DNA from: Mytilus trossulus
Taxonomy: Eukaryota
Reading direction: 5' to 3'
DNA length: 64,000 nucleotides
Assembly: GCF_036588685.1 (NCBI RefSeq)
Contig: NC_086383.1
Coordinates: 10,602,001-10,666,000 of the forward strand
The notes below the pieces were generated by a model that did no database searches, had not been told where the DNA came from, and saw only the letters and a list, made by a program, of their open reading frames with translations. The translations under genes were made by a program, and so were the position numbers. Below are positions 1 through 10,844 of this stretch, one piece after another. Within the stretch, counting starts at the first letter, position 1; every line of letters starts with the position of its first letter.

Positions 1-1749
1 AAATACATTGTCTTTAACTTTGAAAAATTCTTTTTTTTTTATCTAATTTCCAATTGTATTTAATTTAAGAGTTTACACAGAAGCTTTCTACTCCTTTCTA
101 TATAAATATATGGTATTTACTTTTAAAGCTTCTAAGAACCAGACTTGTTTCATTCGTATAGTATGCACATAGATGTATCTCTGTTGACTGTTGCATAGCA
201 GTTCTTTCAATCATTAAATACAACGTAAAGTCTTAGATGAATGTATTTTATTTCTATTAAGAGTAAAGGACGTTTTGTTTTTTAGGTGTTTTTTTTTTGT
301 CACGTGACTCTTCGCGTGTATATAGCTTCCATATAATTGTCTTTGAAATGTTTTTCTTTGACCATTTCTTATGAGGATGAACCATGAAATACGTTACGTA
401 CGCCTAATAACAAGTATTATCTTTCAAAAGTTGACCGCAGATGGGTCACATTGAAAATTCGAAGTGCTTTTCATACTATAGCTCGTAAAATATTAAGGAT
501 ATTTTACATTATTGAATTTCAAATATCTGGTTTTGAGAGTACCTGATGCTTGAAAAGCTAGAAAAGTGCTTTCCGGTGCATGACATTCAGTTGTACTTTA
601 TATATTTATATATACCATCCTTATCGCAAATAGACTACATGGAAGACTTGTGTTGTGGTTTTATAATCACTTACCATGCAAAATACCATTGGGACTTTGA
701 TCAATGCTTCTGTAATTATTCGTTTTCTATTTATAAATAATTGTTCAATGTCTGAGGCTATTTAATTATATTACTGTCAGCTATCTAGGTTTGTCAATTA
801 TTTTATATTCATCAAAGATTATATTGATACAGTTTACAATTATCTTCATTTATCCTTTGAACTTAATTACAAGATTGTGTAAATGCATGTTCTATAAAAG
901 ATGTTGTTATTTCAATTAAATGTATAGAAACATTATAATCGTTATTCTAAATACTGGAAATAGTATGTACCGGCAAACACTTATATTCTGCTTCCCGCCA
1001 AATCTTCTAGTATACTTCATTTCTAAGATATCAATGAGTTTTATTAATCTAAATCATAGGATATAATAATGTGTTAACGTTTAAGCTAACTAGTGTCGCA
1101 TTAAATATTTTAAAACTTTTGTTTATGACTGGAAAAAAAACACTATTAAAGAAAGATTTAATTCGGGACTTTTAATAGTTTGATGTTTGATGCTGTCTCT
1201 CCAAAAACACAACAATTAATGTTATCAAACAGAATTATGATTCATTAGGAGGCTGAAATAAATATTCTGTAAATTTGATTTGTACGCCATCGGTGTTATT
1301 ATTGAATGAATTAAAACAAAAAGTAAGAAGCTCTTTGACAATTGATAAACTAAAAAAATCAAAAGTTATAATAACTCAGTTAAGCGACCAATTTTTGGTT
1401 TCATAGTGTCGTAGAGTATTAAATACACCGCTTACAAATACAGCTTTATACATTATTTCTTACTATAATAGGTTCCTTAAGATTATAAGCTTCAAAAATA
1501 CATACATGATACGAATATTAGAATGCTAATTTAAGAAAATAAATAAGTCAAAGTAATAATGCCTTAACGTTTATATAGATTAATGCTCATTGCTGAACTA
1601 AATACTTCTTATGTTTTTATAGCTAAACTAAATGCTTTATTAAATAACAGTTTTGTATCAAATCATATTTACTTTTTGTCTGCTGGTAACTATTTGTCTT
1701 TCCTGTGGTGAGTGCATTAATGTGGATTCAAATTTGTTGCAAATGTGTT

Positions 1750-3130
1750 TTTCTCTAATCTACTGACGAATTTTGAGTGTTTTCTTGGTATCGTTGATAA
1801 TTAATTTGGGAACTGGTTGAATTTTTTGACAAAACAAGAATTTAATGTTCGAATGGTAAATAAAAATGTCCCAATCAAAATATCAACTTACACAGCAACA
1901 TCATACGTCAATGCAGACTGGTAAGAACATCCTTAAAACGACGTTGATTTGAACAATAAGTGAACGACTGTGAAGGTTCTGATTTAGTTCAGACACTTTG
2001 CAAATAAAAGAGAAGATAAAGTGAGATTTGGCGTTACGCAAATTGTAAGTGTCTTTTAATATCAAGTGCGAGATATTTTCAATAAAGGCTTTGTGCTTTT
2101 AATTAAGGATTTGAAATATCCTACATTCGTTTGACTTTAAGTTTTCTGTCAACTGTTCATTTGTGTAAGTTCCTAGAAAAGTTTCCTGTTTCTCAGGAAA
2201 TGTTTCTTATTAATAGATATTACATTGAATTTTCTTTTAATCCGTCCATCGTGAAATTTGCTTTAGTTTAAAACTATTTCAATTGCTTACAGATATAGGT
2301 CATTTGTTCTCTTTATCGCATTATGTATAATTATAAATAGAAGCAATTATACACAAGGCGATAAAGAGAAAAAAAAATCAGAAAATTAAAAACAAAAAAC
2401 AAAAATTTCGGATAAAGATAAATATATATCATGTTTGATTTATACTAAAAGGAATCTTTAGTTTTTTGTTGTTCTTGAATATCAAATTATTTTTAACGAC
2501 ATAAAATATTTATGTGTCGCCAATGCGCATGACTAAAGAAATGGATTTGGTACGTGTCGTCCATGCGCGCGACTTCTGATTGGATATGGTACATTTACTA
2601 CGTCTATGACAGCGAATATCAAGGAAGTCTTCATATAACGGCAAACATGGTTATTTTTGTTTTTCAATTTAAGATTCGTGTTTTAAAATTTGATTTTCCT
2701 TCCAGTAAATGAAATTTACATTTTAATGGGTCCTTTGAGTAAAACATTATAAGTTTACGATATGTTTTGTTAACTTCTTACGTGATTATTATCATAGGAA
2801 GCTCAATTGTGAACATTAACTTTTCAAACCAAAACTGAGGGACTAAGTTGTAAAAATGTTATTAAAATCCTGTTTATGATAGCTTTACAGACTTAAAAAG
2901 AGTTTGATGAAGGGAGTGGAGATGATAAAGTTACGCATGAATTATAATCATCTGAACTTTTAATCTTAGAATCTTTATCAGTTCTAGGAGCCCCCTTGAA
3001 CACTGAAACATCTTTGCTTTACAAAATAAATAGATGTGGTATGCTTTCAAATAAAATAATTTTCTCACCAGCGAACGCAGAGCATCACATTTATAAATAA
3101 CTACTTTATAAAAATATCGTAAAAGCAAAA
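1750..3130 (-). pseudogene. Fossil multi-pass membrane protein gene remnant A (homologues ~17240-18540, 37090-38340, 57780-58960)
   Basis: Minus-strand readings give hydrophobic protein-like blocks. Examples: YLYPKFLFFVFNFLIFF.LFIALCIIASIY (U1) and TPNFALFSLSFAKCLN*IRTYTVVHLLVKSTSLEGCSYQSALTYDVAMLVDIFIGTFLFTIRTLNSHFDKK (U3 copy). Broken by stops and frameshifts; the TAA at 1984-1986 is shared by all four units. Confidence 0.45.
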
Positions 3131-3164
3131 CAAAATGATGTGCTTTTTCATTGATCCGTTTCTT

Positions 3165-3285
3165 TCTCATTGATGTGTTGCTGTCACATGGACGTGTTGC
3201 TGTCTCATTGATGTGTTACTCTTTTGTTGACGTGTTGTTGTCGTATGATATGTTCCTGTTTTAATAACATGTTGATGCCTGATGT
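3165..3285. repeat. ~20-bp degenerate minisatellite GTGTTGCTGTCTCATTGA (copies ~38370-38490, 63250-63490; mostly deleted in U2)
   Basis: Repeated GTGTTGCTGTC / CTCATTGA units. Confidence 0.65.
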
Positions 3286-3659
3286 ATCTCTCTCAGGTTT
3301 CATCTTATTTTCCTCATTCTTAAAAAAAAAAGATTTTTGAGATTATTTTCATAAATTGATTAATATACAATATATCTGTAAAGCACTCGTTCCTAAAATT
3401 TCAGATTTAAAGTGCACTTATTTTTATCATTCAGTGTATTGTTGATGACGTGGTTTGAAATTGAAATGAAGCATGCATTTAAATGTTGGCAAATTCAATT
3501 GCCCAGTAATTCAGTGAAACACTTAAAATCTGATTTGGTTTTGTTAAACAACTTGATACATGTTTACGTTGTATACAACAATAAAGCAATAAGAAGGCAT
3601 TGATAGAGACATGCACGTCACAGTGCGTGTGCAATAAAATCAAAGGATTTGGATTAATA

Positions 3660-4620
3660 GAGAATATTAAGCAAAAAATACCAATGGTTTATTACGACTC
3701 AAACTAAGTCTCATAGATAGTGTGTTCAGTTAGCTTACAATTTTTAACTACATTTTCTTTTAAAGTAGTGCATGCAATTGAAAATTAAATTTGATGAAAT
3801 AATTTAAAGATTAACGGAAGAAATTTACGCAAAATATAATGCTTTTACGTAAACATACTTTCAAATCTTAAAGTATAGTTTTACTTCATTTAAAATACGC
3901 CACTTTCAAGATATGGTCGTAATATCTATCATAATAAATGAATAGCTGGAAAATTTTGAAGGTATACTGCACAAAATATTTGGGAAATTAAAATATAACA
4001 ATTTGGTCATCTTCCCATCAGTCGTACGCTGGAACATAACTCATGTCTTGAATACCCTGAAGAATGTGACCCTGTAGGCGATTTACACGTTACAAGTGCA
4101 GGGATTAAAGCGAGCCTTTTATATGAAATTGTCGTCATTAGGGCGCGCTAATTGATGATATTTTACCGATTAAAAGAAATAATTCGATAAGGCGAGACTA
4201 AGCTTATTGTCGTGATTCATTATCACTTTTTGTCAAAATAATCCCGTAATTCTCAATAAATGGCAAATCTGTTTATATCTTTTATCAATATAATAAAATA
4301 GTCATAAAATGTTTATCCATACAATGCTTTGAAATATAGTTGTCATTTCTATTTTGAATATGTGTAGGTTTAAACATTTTATTGCGATCCTTGAGAAATG
4401 ATCAACCTTTTTCAAATTGAAAATAAAAAAGCAAAAAGCCTTCCCAGGCATATAAATTCTAAATATTGATAAGTATAATGACTATTTTGGTTGAATGAAT
4501 AGAACAGATAATTATCATACATGTACAATGCTATTAAAACTTTTTTTTTTAATATCTCAGTGGGTAAAAGTACTAAATTATACATGTTATATGGCTCATC
4601 AAAAACTAAATTCGAAAAGG
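3660..4620 (-). pseudogene. Fossil membrane protein gene remnant B, C-terminal half (homologues ~18950-19970, 38880-39840, 60240-61730)
   Basis: Composite minus-strand fragments across the unit copies: FIFNLKKVDHFS..IKCLNLHIFKIEMTTI.QSI.WI.IL*LFYYIDKRYKQICHLL, RYFKTDGSPLSLYY (U2), DDQIVIF*FPKYFVQY, YILRKFLPLIFKLF, VINHWYFLLN. Confidence 0.45.
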
Positions 4621-7600
4621 CAAATTACAAACACATGTATATCAATAATCAGAGTCAAATAAAACTACAATGTTTTAATTGTATTTAGTCCGCGCTTAAT
4701 ATGTTTTGACTCAACTTAATTGAATTGCAACTCAAGTATTTAGTAATGATTTACATTGGAGGAGGTGTTGTTTCAAATTTGAACAAAAGGGTTTGAAATT
4801 GCTAGCTTTAGTAACTCATTATCTAGGTATTATAATGTCATGTTATACAATGCTTGAAAGGAAATCATTTGCATTTACATAAACTATGCATTGTGTTGCT
4901 ATGTTTTATAGTTGTTGTGATTTCCATTTTGAACCTGTGTAAGCTTAAACAATTTCTAACGTGCCTTGGAGAATGATTGACTTTTTCAAAATTAAAAATA
5001 AAACGCAATAATCCTCCCAGGGCATATACATTCTAAAATATATGAATGTAATTCACACATAATTATTTTGCCTGAATGAATAATTAATCAAAGGGGATAT
5101 ATCATTGATGTACAAGGTTATTGAAACCATTGTCTCATTAGCTCAGAGGGACAAGAAGTAAAATTATACATGTGACATGTTTCATCAATTACTGAATCTT
5201 CAAAGTCACATGACAAACACGTGTATATCTCGTGTGAGTTTCATTATGATGTGAAAGGAAAGTCTATAAACCAGTCACATGTTTTGAGAGAAATTGTTTT
5301 CTTGCGACAGCTGTATGATTAATATGTTCTCTATTGATTACATGTATTTATATGAAGCGATAAAATATAACCCATTTTTATAATGAAAAAAGGGAACTTG
5401 CAACTTTAATTAAGTCAACGATATAAGGCAATTCATCTATAATTAAATTATTTACACTGTATCAGAGTTAAACATTGTTCAAGTTGTCTCATATTACCAA
5501 AGTATTGGTGGCTGATCTAAATTTTCTTGTATCCAGAAACAAAAACCGAGTAATATTCACATAAGAGCAAGCAAGTCCGAAAACAGCAAATAAATACTAT
5601 TATAGTTAAATAAAGTTTAAGTGGAAACATTAGATACATTTTGTATCATGCACATGATACATACATTCATTTAAGGATAGCAACTATATTGGTATCGTTA
5701 TATTGGTGTTACTTGGACTTGGTCTCATTAACGTGTTGCTATCCCGTTGATGAACGTACAAAGTACAGGCTTTTAGAATTATATAGAAAATTCGTTTATT
5801 CTTAATAGATTTTTAAAAAATGTTTTACTGTATGTATTATGGCTTGGTTTATGATTAAATTAACGCACCAAGTTAAAGAATTGAAAACTGAATTGCCCAT
5901 TCCAGCTAAGGATTTTAGGTGAAAGAAGGTTTTCTCATACAAAGTGATGTTTAATGTGCTTAAAATATCAACTTAGTTTAGTTCACGTTTTTAAACTAAA
6001 ACAAGACTATTGTCGTGTTTCAATACAATCCTTCAATTCCCAGTTAATGACTTTTTTTTTTTTTTTTTTATCTTTTATCAATATAACAAAGAAGTCATGA
6101 AATGTAAATGCATGCATTGCTATATTTTATATATGTCATTTCTATTTTGAAAATGTGTAGGTTTAGACATTTTATTACGTGCCTGGAGAGATAATTAACT
6201 TTTTTCAAATTGAAAATAAAACGCAAGAAACCTTCCAAGGCATACCAATTCTAATTATATATAAATGTAATACAGACATAATTATTTTGCCTAACTGAAT
6301 AATTAATAATACAGGTAATATCATTCATGTACAAGGCTATTGAAACCACTGTTTCATTATCTCTTTGGGAAAAGTTGTAAAAAATACATGTAACATGGTT
6401 CATTAATTGGTCCGTATAGTTATCGTTTCTATTTTAATCTGTGTAGGTTAAGACATTTAATTAATGGCAGTTGCTATTTGTCCGGCTAGCCGGACGAATA
6501 GTACCAGGGCTATTTGTCCGGCCAATACAATGCGCATGTCACTATAATATTTGTGTGTAAGTGTTATATTATCTTCAGCAGCACCAGGGGGTAGCAAATG
6601 TTTATAATCTTTCGTGTTAGGGCCTAATCTTATTACTGGTAATTGAAAATGTTGTTTTCTTCATACTAGTATATATTCCAATGTGGATAACGAATAATTA
6701 GGGAAAAAAATCATATATATCCCATATTTTGTATTCATGTTATATAAGAAGAGAGAAGAAATTACTTGTAAAACAAACTTGGGTAGTGATTGACTCGTGC
6801 ATTTTAAGTTAAGGTAACGTTAAGGATTTTGCCTAGCTCGACCCCTTGACATAAAGTTATCCATATTTTGAGTGAAAGGTGAGATATTTTTCTCCTGATC
6901 CCATCTTTGTTGTTCCGTGTATTTCATTACCCCACTTTTTATACATTGTATTTCCTATTTTCAACCCTCCCCCCTCCACCCCCCCCCCCCCCCCCTTATA
7001 TACCACTCCGAGGGCTACTTGCAAGATTCATTTTTGGAATATAACTGAGCTAGATTTCATTCAGTTAGACATGCAAATGTGAAGGCCTTTCTCAGCTACT
7101 ATTGCTTTGAGCATCTTTTTCACTATTTACACAGCTGTAGCGAGTTGAATAATTTGTAAAACTATAGTTCTCCGATCAATTATCTTTTATTTCCCATTTT
7201 CCTTGTGATATCAAGTTTTTAGAGTCCCCTTTATAAGATTATATCATTCATGGAAGTTTATAATATCGTGTTCCATTGTCAAATTCCGAAAACATCACAA
7301 ATATTGATATCACCGTTTTCTGCCATGATCCTAAATTTGAAACTCAGTGATCAGATTACACGCGCCCCCTTGGTGCAACTGTAGATAATATTACACGCAC
7401 TTCCGAACGCCCATTATCTGACATGCGCATTACAATGGCCGGACAAATAGCCCTGACACTATTCGTCCGGCTAGCCGGACCAATAGCCACTCCGTTAATT
7501 AATTGCTTGGAGAAATGATTAACCTTTCCAAATTGCAAAAAAAACACAACAAATCTTCCAAGGCATATCAATTCTAAAATACATCAATGAAATTTGCACA

Positions 7601-7740
7601 TAATTGTTATGCCTGATTATGATATATAATACAACAGGTAATATAATTCATGTACACGGCTATTAAAACCAAGATTTCATTATCTATGGGGGAGTAGTTA
7701 AATAAGTCATGTAACATATTTAATCAATTACAGACTCCTC
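4336..7740. repeat. Four dispersed copies per unit of a ~300-bp degenerate block (U1 starts ~4336, 4907, 6130, 6416)
   Basis: Motif ATAGTTGTCATTTCTATTTTG..TGTGTAGGTTTA...CAAATTGAAAATAAAAC...CATGTACAAGGCTATTGAAACC; U2 ~19690, 20293, 24565, 24858; U3 ~39556, 40126, 41498, 41791; U4 ~61463. Confidence 0.9.
6465..7494. mobile_element. MITE / non-autonomous DNA transposon with long imperfect TIRs and 8-bp TSD (hAT-like by TSD length), U1 only
   Basis: TIRs GCTATTTGTCCGGCTAGCCGGACGAATAGT...GCGCATGTC and the reverse complement, imperfect over ~130 bp; TTAATTAA at 6457-6464 and 7495-7502; empty site in U2 ~24890-24915. Confidence 0.85.
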
Positions 7741-7858
7741 ACAGTCACATGACAAACACGTGGATATCTATATCCAATGACAATGAATTATTTATCAAAT
7801 GTACCAGGCTTCTAATTTAATACGCCAGACTGTATATTGTATGCGTCTTTGACTTGAA

Positions 7859-8084
7859 GGGGGCCTCAGTAGGTTTATTGCTGTAATCACTAGCCAGATA
7901 ATAGTGAGGTTATGAGTTCGAATCCCGTTCGACTTTAATCTAAAGTGACTACAGTTTTCAGTTCGTTGGTTTCTTCATGTACTCCTCCACCCATGAAAAC
8001 AAACCGCCACGAAATAGTGAAAAAGTGGCGCTTCAAATTGGCGCTCAAAAGTGTCGTTTAAACACACAAAAATAAACAATCAAT
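7859..8084 (+). mobile_element. Degenerate tRNA-derived SINE (V-domain type); copies at 25648-25877 and 44766-44995
   Basis: B-box GAGTTCGAATCCC; A-box-like CAGTGGCC.AGTAG in U2/U3; V-like GGTGGGTTTCTTCGGGTACTCCTCCACC; CAAT tail. Same position in three units, so it predates duplication. Confidence 0.65.
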
Positions 8085-8130
8085 GTTTAACTTGTGATGA
8101 TTTTATTCAACCTGGGGTTACTAACATTCT

Positions 8131-8436
8131 ATGCGTCACTGATGGTCTTTTGAAGACGGAACGCGCGTCTGGCGTATATACAAAATTTAGTCCTGGTGTC
8201 TATGATAAGTTTATTTACTACCACTAGGTCGATGCCACACCTGGTGGAGACTTATTTCCCCGAGGGTATCCCCAGCCCAGTAGTCAGCATCTGTGTTCTT
8301 TCATGAATTATCATTGATATGGTTATAAATAGTAAATTAACTGTTAAATTGGATTCGAGCGTCACTGATGAGTCTTTTGTAGACGAACTCGTCTGGTGTA
8401 TATACAAAGTTTATCTATCATGTCTATGATGAATTT
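8131..8436 (+). mobile_element. Retrozyme / Penelope-associated repeat fragment with two degenerate type I hammerhead motifs, U1 only
   Basis: GCGTCA-CTGATGG-TC..GAC-GGAA-CGCGCG-TC-TGGCGT (8133-8175) and GAGCGTCA-CTGATGA-GTC-TTTTGTA-GAC-GAA-CTCG-TC-TGG (8357-8396); empty site in U2 (~25920) and U3 (~45040). Confidence 0.8.
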
Positions 8437-10289
8437 GTTTGATTGATTCAAATTGATAATTAAATTGCATCTCCAGTATTTAGCTTTGTTCCAAATTGGT
8501 AGAAGTGTTCTTGTTTAACAATAAAACATAAAAATGAAGCTCCATTTTTTGATTTCTAGTGCAAGTATCTGATGCATATACCAAGTAAAACCGTGACTGA
8601 AAGAAAAACAAATATTTTATTTTGTTTCTAAGACATTGGTCGTGAACAATTGTTTAAGAACAAAATTTGTTTTATCTTTTTTTTCACAAATTACTTTGCG
8701 CTATATAGCCCGTGACAATGCTATTATGTATGTACAGAATCATGACATTGTTGTTTAAACATAAAATTACAGAGATGGAGATATGTAGGGATGACTGTTT
8801 AATTTTCAGTTGAGAATTAAATGTATATTTAGGACTAGAACATGATAATGTAATATGAAAATACACACTGCTTTGTACTAGACCAGCCTCTTAGTCGGAT
8901 TTTAAACGTGCTTATTTACCGGATGCGAGAAAACATGTCACTCTCTCTAAAAAACAATATTCTGACTCTTACATGATGCTTGCTTATAGTAAAATCCAAA
9001 TTTCAAGTCCTTGATTTGGACAGGCTTTTACGTGACAACTGATCAAAGTACAGTGATGCATTTAATCTGACGTTGAAAACATTGTTGCCGTTCTACTGAT
9101 GAAATTTTAAAAGAATTAAGAAAGTGCATAATATAAAGTAATAAAAACTAAATAAATACAACACATCACGACTGCACAGGTAATATTTCTTTTATGTTAT
9201 TTTGCACGATTAAAGCGCATTGTTTTGATCAATTTATCACTTCTGACAGAGATAATTAAGTCATTCTCCGGGAATTTTTTTATTTTTAATAGAATTTTAA
9301 ATTTGTTATCGCGTCGTTTTATTTTTTTTGGCAAATAAAAGACATTTCAACTGCCGTTGAGAGTTTTCCCGTACGAAAGTTTTGTACTTTCAGTTATAAT
9401 TACCTATAACGTGCACAATGCGGGAGCAATGATTCTTTCTGACACCTAAAACTGACAACTACAGTGTTAAATCTGAATAGCAACTCACATGACATCGCCA
9501 GTAAATTCAAATTGAAATAAAACATTGAATATTATTCATTTCATTATTTGAATGTATGCATGTACGTACGTGTCCCGAGGAGGCTTTACTTTGTAACAAT
9601 AAGATGTGTCAAGTGCGTAAAATGTGCAGGCCCAACTGCTATTGGTTTAATTGCAATATTTAAAGGTTTTAGATTATTGTAGGGAACATTAAATATTCCT
9701 CAAAATTTAAAAAAAAAAGCTTTTCAATCAAATTGTAAAAGGCTTCTAAATTATGTACGTCCTAACACCCGTTAGGTGCCAACGAAATAAATCGTTTTAT
9801 CGAAATATAATATATCAACCTTCAATAATTAGAACTACAATCAGATTGTCCTAACCTACAAATACCTTAAACCTGACAGTTGATGCATCTGACTTGTCTT
9901 TGTTTTCCCTTTTGGAAATAGAAATTCACAGGAATTCAGGTTATCGGTTTGCGCATTGTCCAAGATCGCACTTTGACCTACAGTTGTCAACTTCCTTGAC
10001 ATTTGATCTCTGAAGGATTATCGTATTGGCAATCATACCACATCTTATTATTTTAATATATAACCGTCTTTGGTTCTAACAATGATTTTGTGTTAGCATT
10101 GATGGTGAATGTTAATCAAGAAAATAAATCATATGACACACGAGTATGGTGAAATGCTACTTTCATTTTAATGCTGTCTGTTAAATTTGAAAAGAAATGT
10201 GATTTGTCCTTGCGTCTTTCATAATCTGTTGTAAAAGTTTTAGTTAAAATTCCAAGGGAAAATGGCTAATCCCTCTGGATTTGCACTGC

Positions 10290-10690
10290 CCTATGGTATA
10301 TTTACAATCCCATGTTTTTCTAAATCAGATTGCAAAGTATATTAAATACTAACAGCAAATAAACAATGATTTTATTAAGTCTCATGTAATTCTACACATT
10401 AAACAAGACACGGTAATTCTAAGAAGTAGCGGCGGCCCAATGAGTGTTTTACAAATTAAAAGTGTCAAGTGTTTGTACATTTAACTTCAAAACTCGCTGT
10501 TCAAGAATCAGGATCATGAAAACAATCAGCAAACATTTTTTATCTGTTTCTCTTGTTTCCAGTCCAGATATATTTTTACATACTATTCTGAACGTTGATC
10601 ATAGATATTTGATAACTTCTTCTAGCCAGTCTGGACATTGTCATAATAAAATTCCGGACGACATTTCTGTAGTTCACAATTAAAAAAACA
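10290..10690 (-). pseudogene. Decayed coding block, possibly the N-terminal part of remnant C (homologues ~27520-27920, 49940-50340)
   Basis: One frame reads QCPDWLEEVIKYL*STFRIVCKNISGLETRETDKKCLLIVFMILILEQRVLKL...HWAAA...KIIVYLLLVFNILCNLI; the TGA at 10599-10601 is shared by U1-U3. Confidence 0.4.
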
Positions 10691-10844
10691 ACATCGTTTA
10701 GGTTAAAATAATGAGAAAAATTTCCTTATCTAAGATAAGGGAAGCACACGATCAATTGATAGATAATAATATAAATTTGAAAAGACATTTCAATGTATAT
10801 TGGATGTGATTCAATTTGTCCAAAAAAAACAAATTAAAAAGAGA

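Noticed and set aside
1985-2850. Plus-strand spliced secreted-peptide gene (GTAAGT donor at 2045, TTCCAG acceptor then ATG AAA TTT at 2709)
   Set aside because: The frame stops after 5 codons in U1/U2, there is no consistent downstream exon, and the region is better explained as minus-strand remnant A.
10560-10645. Selenocysteine or readthrough at the TGA shared by three units, flanked by four synonymous changes
   Set aside because: Adjacent codons show mostly non-synonymous changes, other stops and a frameshift in U3; no SECIS was seen. Consistent with chance in a dead gene.
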